Of a DNA stretch of 64,000 nucleotides, positions 27,482 to 41,584 are shown one piece after another. The position numbers were made by a program, and so were the translations under genes. Source of the stretch: Salpingoeca rosetta. Its lineage: Eukaryota; Protista; Choanoflagellata. A model generated the notes under the pieces. It ran no database searches. It saw only the letters and a program-made list of their open reading frames with translations, and was not told where the DNA came from. The stretch covers positions 811,293-875,292 of the forward strand of contig JAWQFM010000028.1 in assembly GCA_033442325.1 (NCBI GenBank), in the 5' to 3' direction. Every line of letters begins with the position of its first letter. Positions within the stretch are counted from its first letter, which is position 1.

Positions 27482-30358
27482 GTTTGTGTGTACGCGCGCC
27501 CACGTTCCTTCTATCGACGCAGCATACACATGTGCATGCGTGCACAACCCCACCCCCCATTACCAACCGCCAACCCACCAATCAACGTTCCCTCCACCTC
27601 CCTGAACAGGCACTGGCGATGGCACCCCCACGGGCGTTGCGGCGCTGCTGTCGGCCATATCCGCTGCTGTGCAGCTCAAGTCCCGCAACGCCGCAGGCCC
27701 ACTCGTCTTTGCCGTCGACCACTGCTTCGGCATCAAGGGCCAGGTCCGTTATCTTGCTGTTGCTGTTGTTGTTGTTGTTGTTGTTGTGTGTGTATGTGTG
27801 TGTTTGTGTGTGTGTGTGTGCATGTACGTGTGTGTATGTACGTGTGTGTGTGTGTGTATGTGTGTGTGTGTGTTGTGTGTTGTGTTTTCTGTGCACGTGC
27901 GTGTACATGTGTGCTCTCAATTTCATCTGGTGTGTCCACTGCCCTCGTGTGTGCTCACGATGATGGTCGCATCGTCATCATTGTCATCACGATCAGGGCA
28001 CGATCATGACGGGCACGGTGCTGTCGGGCTCCGTTCATGTCGGCGACGAGGTCGAGCTGCCAGCATACAAGGTGCACAGACACACACACATCACACACAT
28101 CACACACACACACATGTACACACACACACACATACACACACACACACACATGTACACAGACGCACGCTGCTTCCTGCTCTTGGCACGTGGTGTAGGCGTG
28201 CTGCATGCTGCATTGCATTGTTGAGGTACACGGGCGAAGATCCCCCTCCCATCCACGCCTCATACCATCCACTATCACCATCACCACTCAACACAACCCA
28301 CTCAACATCAATGCCACTGCGGCAATCAGGAAGTGCGGAAGGTCAAGTCAATGCAGATGTTCCGGAAACCCGTGGAGGCCGCGCAGCAGGGCGACAGGCT
28401 CGGTGCGTTGGTGCGTTGGTGCGTTGGTGCGTCAGCTGGTGGGATGGTGGTGGTGTAGGTGGAGACATTTACTCACATGTTCACGCATACACACACACAC
28501 ACACACACTCTCTCTCTCTTTCACACACATCTTCACGCACACACTTGCAGGCCTGTGCGTGACGCAATTTGACCCAAAGTTAATGGAGAGGGGCGTGGTC
28601 TGCTCGCCAGGCGCCATGCCGCCCATGAAACGTAAGATATTCAACACATGCGCATTCCTACCACCCCCTTTGCACTCACCCCTTTCCACCTCACGTCTTT
28701 ACACATGCTCACGCGTGTGCACCGCTCGTCGTCCCCCCTTTCTCTCGTTACGCGTCCAGTGTTTCTTGCGTCAGTGCAGCGCATTTCGTTTTACCGGCAG
28801 GCGATTCGGTCCAGAGACAAATTCCACATCTCCATCGGCCACCAGACCGTCACCGCCTCCATCCTCGCCCTCTTCTCCCCGCTCGACACAACACGTGCGT
28901 GTGATGGTGTCTGTGTGTTTGAAGTTGTGGCAGCTGTGTGATGTCGTCGTCGTCGTCGTCGTCGTCGTGATGCTGCTCATCATCGTGCATGGCGTTCGCA
29001 ATCGCTTCGTTTACACGCGCATCTCCTTTCCTTCTCAACCATGCACTCCACCTCATTGCTCCTCACCCCCCTTCCTTTTCCTTCCCCTTCCTTTTCCTTC
29101 CTTCTTCACCCCCTTCCCCCCCCAAAAAACCCCTCAGGCCCAGTGTCCGGCATTGATGATGATGACGACGGCTTCGACTACGATCAGGAGTTTGAGTACA
29201 ACGACGAATGGGACACATCGACCAACCGCATGGTGCGATGGAGCAGCCCTGCACCTATTGTCATCGTGGTTGGTGGTGTTGGTGTCAATGACGAGGAAAA
29301 GGAGCTTTCCCCTATCCCCCATATCATCATGACGTCTCACGATCGCATAACCTGTTTTCTCCACGCATGCCTGCAGCTGTGTGTGCTTGAACTGCAGAGC
29401 GAGATTTGCGCGCGGCCAAACTCGCTGTTCATCGGCTCACGACTCGACACGGACATACACGCAAACACGGTCGGTGCTGCGCTGTGGGCAACGTCAAGGG
29501 GGTGAAGGGAGAGAGCATGAAGCGGGGTGGAGACAGGCAGAGGGCGAAGACATTGCAGTGGTCACTGTACTTCACGTCTCATTGGAGCAACCGTGCGCAA
29601 CCATGTGCAAACATGTGTTCACAATCACCCCCGCCCTCCCCAACACACCAAATACACATACACTGCAGTGCCGGCTGGCGTTCTCTGGGCGGGTGCGCCG
29701 CTCATGCACAGAACGCGAGAGAGATGAATTCCTCAAACACACGCGCGTGTGCAAACTCAAACACAGGCACGGCGTTGTCGACAGGTGTGACAGCAGTGGT
29801 GGTGGTGCTCGCGTGCCGGGTTGTACGAGTCGTTGCTGTGGACTGTGTGTCATGTCACGCGACAACATGTGCGCGTACACATCTGTGTTGCCCCTTGTAA
29901 CCTGCCACCACCGCCGCCGCCACCACCACCTCACCATTCTCACCACCACCATCACCATCACGACCACCATTGGCAGGATGCAAGATGAGCGGACGCTGGT
30001 GTGCGACGGGTTCTTCAAGAAGGGCGCCACGATGGACGCGTTCCTTGGCCGCCGCGTACAGCTGAGCACAGGGGAGGAGGCAGATATCACGGGCGCTTTC
30101 GGCAAGAGCGGCAAGTTCAAGGTGGCGGTGGTTGGCGATGGGCTGAAGGACACGACGGTAGCGCGGCTGCAGGCTGCTGCTGACAGGAAGAAGGCGAGGA
30201 AGAAGGCTGCCAAGGGCAAGGCGCCAACAGCAACAGTTGCAACAACCCGTGCTGGTGGTGATGGTGGTGGTGATGGAGACGAGGATGAGGGCCCCATTGG
30301 GGTGACGCTGACGTTCAAACGGATGGTCTTTGACAAGGAAGCGTCCATGGTCCAATGA
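25950..30358 (+). CDS. EEFSEC: Selenocysteine-specific translation elongation factor (eEFSec/SelB), multi-exon
   Basis: NVNVGVLGHVDSGKTSL|AKAMSTVSSTAAFDKHPQSKERGITLDLG, TLVDCPGHASLIKTIIGGAQIID, FAVDHCFGIKGQG, IGSRLDTDIHAN.CRLAF, GAFGKSGKFKV; stop TGA at 30356-30358. Confidence 0.96.
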
Positions 30359-30640
30359 CACACGCGTGTGTTGTGTTGTGTTGTGTTGTGACGCGTTGTG
30401 TTGTGTGTTGTGTTGTGTTGTGTGTGTGCGCGCGCTATTGGCTGGGTTGTAGGGCTGCTGTGTTCATTGTTGTTGTCAATTAATACAAGGACAGAGATGG
30501 AGAGAGAAGCTGAACAACAGGGGTTGATGTACACACAGCAATGGCATGCGCACAGCGAGGGAGGCAGGGAGACAGAAAGCGGCCATGTGGATGAGACACA
30601 AGAACACCACACATCACAGACACACAGACACACAGACACA

Positions 30641-30679
<39 letters not shown>

Positions 30680-31094
30680 ANNNNNNNNNNNNNNNNNNNN
30701 NNNNNNNNNNNNNNNNNNNNNNNNNNNNNNNNNNNNNNNNNNNNNNNNNNNNNNNNNNNNNNNNNNNNNNNNNNNNNNNNCGTTAGTGTATTGAGATCAG
30801 TACCATGTACTATCGGTATAAAAGAGACATGGAGAAACAAATGATGACTGTGCACGTGTGTGTGTACCCTATGTGAAGTGTGGTTGTGCCCCAATCCCAC
30901 CGCTTGCGCGGTGTGTCCGATAACGATGCTCACACCCTGGTGCAAGGTCGCCGGGGGGATAAAAGAGATATCCCTCACCCGATCTACTGTGGTGGTCAAA
31001 GTAGTCTTACATACAAATGGTCTGTGACTACATTCATAGGGGTGACGAGAAGATGTTGGCGCTAGTCTCCGGAGTGCGTGCGAGGGTGTTCATG

Positions 31095-31220
<126 letters not shown>

Positions 31221-31227
31221 AGAGCAC

Positions 31228-31385
31228 CTTCTGGGTATGTGTAGGTGCCTTTGCCGTGCATCTCGTTGTCCACCCATTCGCCCTTGAACTTGCTCCCATC
31301 CTTCCACTGTTGTGTTGTGTGTAGTGCAGAGCAGGGCGTGAGTGCAAACAATGGACAACGTCGACGACCACCACATACACCACAC

Positions 31386-31417
<32 letters not shown>

Positions 31418-31468
31418 TACCTCGTGGGCGTGCGCCCCTTGCCTGTGTAGCTCCCTGATCTTTGGCAT
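31228..31468 (-). CDS. MORN-repeat protein (MORN5-like), first two exons 31468-31421 and 31306-31228; remainder not visible
   Basis: MPKIRELHRQGAHAHE|WKDGSKFKGEWVDNEMHGKGTYTYPE(G) is a canonical MORN motif, with GT-AG boundaries. Confidence 0.7.
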
Positions 31469-31652
31469 CGTTGGTGGGTGTGCTGCCTCAACTGGCTCAA
31501 CTGCCTCAACTGCTGATCTTGCTTGGCAACGCGAATGCAAACACAGCACTTTTTCGCCTGCAAACCAACAAGCAACAGAGTGAACTTGGCTCACATCAAC
31601 TCACATCAACTCAGCTCACCACCCTTTCCTCGCTCACGTTTGAGGCAAGACG

Positions 31653-31779
31653 ATGCCGATCACCAAGGTTGAGGTGCTTGGACTGCGGAATGATCCGCTC
31701 TTCCACACAGCACGCCACGCAGCAAAGGTGATCAGTGGCGTGGTGAATGTTGGTGTGTGTGGTGTGTGTGCGTGTGTGC

Positions 31780-31826
<47 letters not shown>

Positions 31827-32355
31827 TGTGTGTGTGTGTGTGTGTGTGTGTGTGCATCCTGCGTCGTTGGCATCCTGCACCGTGTACATCCTGCGTCGTG
31901 TGCATCCTGCAACGTGTGCATCCCATGGGTACGTCTCCATCGTGATCCTCACCGCCTTCCACGCTTGGTTCTTGCTAAGTTCTTGGAGACGGAGCGCAAG
32001 CGCGACTTTGATGTCACATGCACGGATCTGAACGAACTGGACTGGCAAATGGCAAAGACAGAACACAAGCAGGTGCGTCGCACAGTGTTTCGCTGTATGA
32101 GTTGGTCATGAGTGGCCATGTGTGTGTGTGGATGAGGTGCATGTTGCTGTGGTGTGGCATCCTTCATATTCTTTGGTGCTGTGCGCCCCTCACGTGCCCA
32201 TGCGTGCATGTGCAGTTGCAACCTCATGCCAGCACCTTTGAGGAGGATGTGCTGGTGAAGGTCGATGGCAAGGTGCTCGACTCTGTGGAGAGTCTTCTCC
32301 ACACCGCACACAACGCTGGCTACGAATCCCCGTACGTGCAATGCAGCCCGTATGC

Positions 32356-32389
<34 letters not shown>

Positions 32390-33672
32390 GCGCGCGCGTG
32401 TGTGTGTGTACCTGCGTGTGTGTGTGTGTGTACATGCGTGTGTGTGTGTGTGTGTGCATGCGTGTGCGCGTGTGCCTGTCTGCCTGTGTGTGCACTTTCT
32501 CGACAGCAGCGCCGTGCCTCTCACTGTATGTTTACACCGGCTCTTCACTTCCAACACTGCAACAGAGACGATGTTGACTTTGAGAAGGAGGCGCTTGACT
32601 TTGAGACGGCATATCGCGCCAACAGCGGCCATGACTTTGTCTACTTTGACCTCACACACGGCGACCAGGAGCTCGGCCGCATCGTCTTTGAGGTGCGTGT
32701 GCGTGTGGATGGATGGGGGGGGGGGGCGAACACGCAGACACACGCAGTATTGCTAGCCACCTTCATTGTCGTCGTCATTATCATCATCATCATATCTTGT
32801 TGTGCTCACACCTCGTGACTGCCACGCCACCCATCGTGCCTTCCGTCTGCATTGGTACCAGCTCTTCAGCAACAAGCTGCCGAAGACTTGCGAGAACTTC
32901 AAGGCCATTTGCGTCGGCGACCACAAGAGCAAGAACAAGACCTACGAAGGTGCCTTCGTGTATGCAAGTTGGCGTGTCACAAACAAACAGCCACGGTTTG
33001 CTCAGTGTCCTTTTACATCACAACACACACACATGGGTTCATCTTACCGTATCCATGTGTGTGCACGCGGTTGCTTGCAGGCAAGCCGCTGACCTACAAG
33101 GACACGCTGCTGCACCGGATTCAGAAGTACGGCTGGGTGCAGGGCGGTGACATCTTCACAGGCGCAGGCGACCACGGTGTGTGTCGGATGTGTGTTGAAG
33201 TGCATGTATGTGTGTGCGTGTGCATGTATGTGTGTGTGTACGCGCGTGTGTGTGTGCGTGTGCATGTGTGTGTGTCTGTGTGCGTCACTGTAGCATTGGA
33301 CCGTTTCACACAACCTCCTACTTTTCATCACACCACCACCTCACCATCTCCTCACCACCACCCACTACCTCAGGCGAGTCAATCTACGGGGAGACGTTTG
33401 CGGATGAGAGCTTCAGCGTGAACCACAGCAAGCGCGGCATCCTGGCGATGGCGAACAACGGCCTGCACACCAACTCCTCACAGTTCTTCATCGCATTCAG
33501 GGCCCTCGAGTGGATGAACACCAGATATGTCGCCTTTGGGTGAGTACGGCTGCCTTGCGTGGAGAGGGGGGGGGGGGTTAGGGGGTTGACAGTGAATCGT
33601 GAAGCGTGAATGTGAAGCGTGAATGTGAAGCGTGAACGTGAAGCGTGAGATCAACGTACCTCTCACACATCT

Positions 33673-33710
<38 letters not shown>

Positions 33711-33819
33711 CGCACACACNNNNNNNNNNNNNNNNNNNNNNNNNNNNNNNNNNNNNNNNNNNNNNNNNNNNNNNNNNNNNNNNNNNNNNNNNNNNNNNNN
33801 NNNNNNNNNNNNNNNNNNN

Positions 33820-33915
<96 letters not shown>

Positions 33916-34043
33916 AACTGCACTGCAGGCAAGTGTACCGTGGGAGCGCTGTGCTGGCAGCTGTGGAGGCGTGTGAGACGTTCAACCAGCGGCCCCTCAA
34001 ACCGCTCAAGATCACCGCCTGCGGCCTCTTCGACGAGCCATAG
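31653..34043 (+). CDS. PPIL6: Cyclophilin-type peptidyl-prolyl isomerase-like 6, multi-exon
   Basis: N-terminal extension [21 protein letters not shown], then FVYFDL..LGRIVFE|[76 protein letters not shown]; stop TAG at 34041-34043. Confidence 0.88.
31853..31924. repeat. Degenerate 16-bp minisatellite in PPIL6 intron 1
   Basis: catcctgcNNcgtgtg-type units about 4.5 times. Confidence 0.75.
33592..33649. repeat. 13-bp minisatellite (gtgaagcgtgaat) in a PPIL6 intron
   Basis: About four near-identical copies, directly visible. Confidence 0.8.
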
Positions 34044-34310
34044 GCCAATAAACCATATTGGGCTAGAAATAGGACACCAGTGGAAGTGCGCGCACACAAA
34101 GCAAAGCAAAGCAAACGCACACACGAAGACACACAATCCCCCCACTGTCGTGCGTCCCCACCACACACCTCCATCGAAGCTTGCGACCGAGGAAGGCAAT
34201 CGTACACGCGCGCGAACACACACACACACACATACACACACACACACATACACACACACGGCAGACAGCAGCAATACCGCTGCCACACAAAGACGAAGCA
34301 ACCAGCAAGG

Positions 34311-36756
<2,446 letters not shown>

Positions 36757-37177
36757 CACACACGCACGCAGGCACACGTGTTGTTGGCCTCGATGTTTGC
36801 GTACGCTTGTTACACGCTGAGTCGATGTGTGTGAATGTGTGTGTGTCTGTGTCTGTGTGAATGTGTGAATGTGTGTGTGTGTGTGCTCTGGGCTTTGTTT
36901 GTTTGTATGACTTTGTGTACTTGGCAGTCATGCAACGCGTGAGAGACAAGGGACAAAACTATTCCAATGAACACGAGAACGAGCGAACACTATGCAAATC
37001 AATCACTCACTACATTGCAAAACGAAAACAGACAAAGAAAGCAGAGGGCGGAACCAAACAAAACCCACACGCGTACACACACACACACACACATGCAAGA
37101 AGAGCGACATTTGAGCAAGCAACCAAAGCTGTGCAGTGCATGCTGCTCTGCCTGTTCCTCTGGATGGCGGCAGCAGC

Positions 37178-37725
37178 TCACGGGATGTGCTCTGGGTGGC
37201 GCGGGTACGGAATGACATCGCGAATGTTCTCCATGCCCGTCACAAGCATGATCTGGGGCGTTGGTGGGACACAACAAAGGGGGAGGGAGGGTGTGAGTTG
37301 TGTAAGTTTGAACAAAGTTGCTTGCATGCAAGAGCACCACCGTAAGCAAGCCGCCAAACGCAATTTCCCAACAACCCACACCACAACCCACAACCCACAC
37401 CTCCACCACCACCACCTCCACCACCACCATCAACCAATCACCACGCGTGACCACGGATCACACTCGACGTACGAGGCGCTCAAAGCCGAGGCCGAAACCG
37501 GAGTGCGGCACGGTGCCGAAGCGGCGGAGGTCGAGGTACCACTCGTAGTCGCTCTCGTCGAGTCCGGCCTCCTGCAGACGGCGGCGCAGCACGTCAAGCC
37601 GCTCCTCGCGCTGACTCCCGCCAACGAGCTCTCCAATCTGATGCACGCGATGGAGTATGTGTGTGTGTATGTGTGTGTATGTGCGTGAGTATGTGTGTGA
37701 GTATGTGTGTGTGTGTGTGAGTGAG

Positions 37726-37773
<48 letters not shown>

Positions 37774-37947
37774 TCCTTGGACACGGGGGGAATTAAAGGG
37801 TAGATCTATACGGCGAATCCGAATGCCCGGTTACAGCGGACTAGCGGGAAATCGCCGGCTCGGCTCTCCGTGGCTGCCCCGCCAAGTGAGAAGACCAACG
37901 ACGTAGATGTTGCGACCACATAGATAACATTACATATATTGCCTATT

Positions 37948-38011
<64 letters not shown>

Positions 38012-38483
38012 AACTATCTGAAATGACAAGGAAGCACCAACAACCACAACCACAGCAGCAACCCCTTCTGTCTCTGTCCTCGGGTGGAGCTGGCGTGTGT
38101 ACCTTGGGCACGAGAATGTCCATTGCTGCGACGGAATCAAACTCGTCGTGCGTCTCGCGCATGTAAAACGCCTGCAGAAGAACACACGCGGCGAAGCAAA
38201 AGGCACGTGAGAGAATGCACATGACGACAACGAACAACCAGTTGTCACCACCACCAACAGCAGGACGAGGCGTGAGCTTGCGCTGACCTTGATCTCCTTC
38301 GGGTAGTTGTAGAGGATGACGGGGCCCTTGTAGATGTGCTCGGTCAGGTACCGCTCGTGCTCCGTCGCAAGGTCAATTCGCTCACCTGCAGAGGCCGTGG
38401 TGTGACGGTGAGGCAGGGTGGGGAGGGAGGGAGGGAGTTGACAGGGTGATACTTACACACGCACACACACATGCACACACACA

Positions 38484-38517
<34 letters not shown>

Positions 38518-41180
38518 CACACACACAGCTGCTGCTGCCGTACCGACTGGGATCTCAAAGAGCGATTTCTTGCCGGCCTTCTCCTCGTCAGTCTTGGACT
38601 CAAATGCAGCCTGCAGCTCAAGCAGCTGCTTCACCGCATCTGCACAGTTGAGAGGAGACAAGACGTTTGCATGGATATGTGCAAACACATGCGTGTAAGA
38701 AACGTGTCACAGGAGTTGTCACATCCTCTGCACTACCCAAGGTCGCGCTTGCATCACCTCTTCACTACCGACACACCACTGACTGACCCTTGTACTCGAC
38801 GCGAGCAAACTGCTTGGCGGTGAGCTCCGTGACGCGATCAATGACGGTCTTGTCGACGAACTTGGCGAAAAAGTCGAGGTCCGCACGGCAGTTGTCCAGC
38901 ACATACTGGCAACAGTATCGCACATAGTCCTCCGCACACTGGTGACAGGAGTGAGGGGAGGGGGGAGGGGCGCAGGGAAGGTGGTGGTGTGGGGATGGAC
39001 GGCAAAACGGGGGACAGAGGCACGCAGGCGTGAGCGTGAATGTGTTTGTGGAAACAAGGAAACATGGAAGCATGTGCAAGTTGGAGCACAACAATAAACA
39101 AGCGATAAGAAGCAACACATCAACACGTACGTCCATGCAGCCTGTGAGGTCGCAGAAAGCAATCTCGGGCTCAATCATCCAAAACTCAGCAAGATGCCTG
39201 AAGGCACAGAACACAGGACAGGCAGGAAACATCAGCAACATATGGTGGTGATAGCGATGGTGGTGGTGTTAGAATGGAAGTTCTTCCAGCGCAAGCAATC
39301 TCATTCTGGCAGTGCGAACCTGGTGGTGTTGGAGTTCTCTGCGCGGAAGGTGGGCCCAAACGTGTAGATGTTGCCCATCGAACACGCATACGACTCGCCC
39401 TGCAGCTGCCCAGAGACAGTCAGGTACGCAGCCCGCTTGAAAAAGTCCTGTTGTTGTTGTTGTTGTGGTGGTGGTGGTGTACAGTGATGAGCAGCTGTGA
39501 GGGAAGCACGCGAGTGTGCACAGGATGGAGAAGAAGGCATGCGCCACAGACACCGCAAACCTGAGCTCGAAAACGCAAACAAAGCGGCAGTCAAGCAGTG
39601 CTGCCGCACCTTTGTAAAGTCAAACTGCTTGTCCTCTGTGCGCGGGATGCCGTCGCGTGCGAGGACGCGCTCCTTGATGGCCGCGAGCGCCGCCCGCTTC
39701 TCCTGCAGCACTGCATCCGCCGCCTGGGCATGGAAAGTGGTGGTGATGAGAGGTGGAGATACGTGTTGGTGGGTTGAGATACGTGGCGGTAGGTGGTAGG
39801 TGGAGACAGGCGGGATGAGGGCGTAGTAAGCGACACAGGGAGCAGCACAGCGAGTCATGTTTAACGGCGTTGCAGTTGTTCGTGCCAGTAGCGGTGGAGA
39901 ATTGCGCATGTGGTACCTTGATGGTCTTCTTGTTGCGCTTTGCATCGCGCATCTCCTGCACGGCCGCCTCTTGCTCGGCCACGGCATCCTCTGGCAAGCC
40001 AGGCGGTTGGGGGGTGATGGTGAGTTGCAGGGAAGAGGGTGGTGTCATGTGTATTGCACAACAGTGCAGTAGAGAACACACACACACACACACATACACA
40101 CACACACACACAAAGTCGCAGACACACATAAACACACACTTACATACACGTGTACACACAGACTCGCATACACACGTGCACACACCTGCTGCCTTGACCT
40201 CCTCGTCGGATGGGAGCGGCGTCTCGAGGACCTTCTCGGCCTTGGAGAAGAGGGTGGTGACCTGGAACATCTCGCCAGCTCCCTCGCAGTCGCTCGCCGT
40301 GATCAGCGGCGTGTGCAGGTACATGAACCCGTTGTCGCTGAAGAAGCGGTGCGTGGCCTGTGCCAGCGCGTTGCGCACGCGAGCCACAGCGGAAATGATG
40401 TTGGTGCGCGCGCGGAGGTGGCAGTGCTTGCGGAGAACCTCCAGCGGGATGCGCGCCTTGGCAATCGGGTAGCTGCCCTCAATCAGGCCAGAGTGCACAA
40501 CCTCCTCAATGTCAAGCTCAAACTTCTGCTCCTTGCCCTCTGGAGCCTTTACAATCTGCACAAGAGCACAAAGAAAAGCACAGCGCCGTGAGACAGACAA
40601 GGGGAATGTAGTTCAAGCGTGTGGGCGCGAGGCGTATGAACACTGCCCATCCAACAAGGCTGCAAGGCTTCCGACGCCAAGCACGCTACCTTGCCGCGAA
40701 GCAGGACGGAAGCGCCGGTCTTGGTGAGGGGCTTGTACAGCTTGATGGCCTCCTCGTCGCTCTCGTCAACCTTGCGCTTGCACTGCAGGTTTCCAGGGCA
40801 CGAGCCATCGTTCACTTCAAGGAAGAACAGCGTGCCCTTCTCAGCAGCGCGACCTTGAGAAAAGGATAACCAGCAGCAAGGGAAAGGATGGATGAAAGTG
40901 GTTGTGTGGGAGCGTGAGGGGAAGAGTGGTTACGTTGGAGCGTGAGGTCGAAAGGGGTGTGGAATGAACGGCCAGAACAGGCAACACAGACGCAGGCGCA
41001 ATCACACACCTACAACGCACCTTTCTTGACCCAGCCGCCGACGGTGATGGTCTGCCCAAGGAACGACTCCCACTTCTCTTGCACCTCGGAGGCGTACATG
41101 CGACCGTCGATGCCGTACGCCTTCTTGGTCGACGTCACAGCCAGCCGCTGCACCTCTTGCTCAAGCTTCGCCTCAGACAT
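37178..41180 (-). CDS. asnS: Asparaginyl-tRNA synthetase of the bacterial-derived/plant cytosolic type with a helical (WHEP-like) insertion, multi-exon
   Basis: [130 protein letters not shown]. Confidence 0.95.
37769..37949. mobile_element. ~181-bp unique insertion within an intronic (TG)n tract; possible solo LTR or transposon remnant
   Basis: Begins TG(TAGTCC) and ends (TATT)CA. Its composition differs from the surrounding intron, and it interrupts a continuous (TG)n run. Confidence 0.35.
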
Positions 41181-41363
41181 GGTCGTGGGATGGTGTGTGC
41201 GTGATGGTGTGAGTGTGTGGAGGGGAGGATGAATGGTTATGCTGCGTGGTGTGGTGGTTTGGTTTGGTCGTGGCATGTGTTACACTGGCCCACAAATATG
41301 ACACGGACCTATAAAAAGAAGAAACACCCAAAGTTTTGTGTGTGTGTTTGTGTGTGTCTGTGT

Positions 41364-41406
<43 letters not shown>

Positions 41407-41584
41407 TGAGTGTGTGTGTGTGTGTGAGTGAGTGTGTCTGTGTGTGTGTGTGTGTGTGTGTGTCGTTTGCTCTCTAAGGAAGTCTCTTTGTGACGATGAT
41501 CCTGCCGTGTGACGTGGCTTGCGCATGTGTATGCCCAAAAGAACTCAACAATAGAACAAAACACAAAACAACTCCTCGTGTCAT

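Noticed and set aside
30359-30680. SECIS element or selenoprotein cluster next to EEFSEC
   Set aside because: No convincing AUGA/AA/GA stem-loop seen, and no neighbouring gene needs UGA read-through; SECISearch would settle it.
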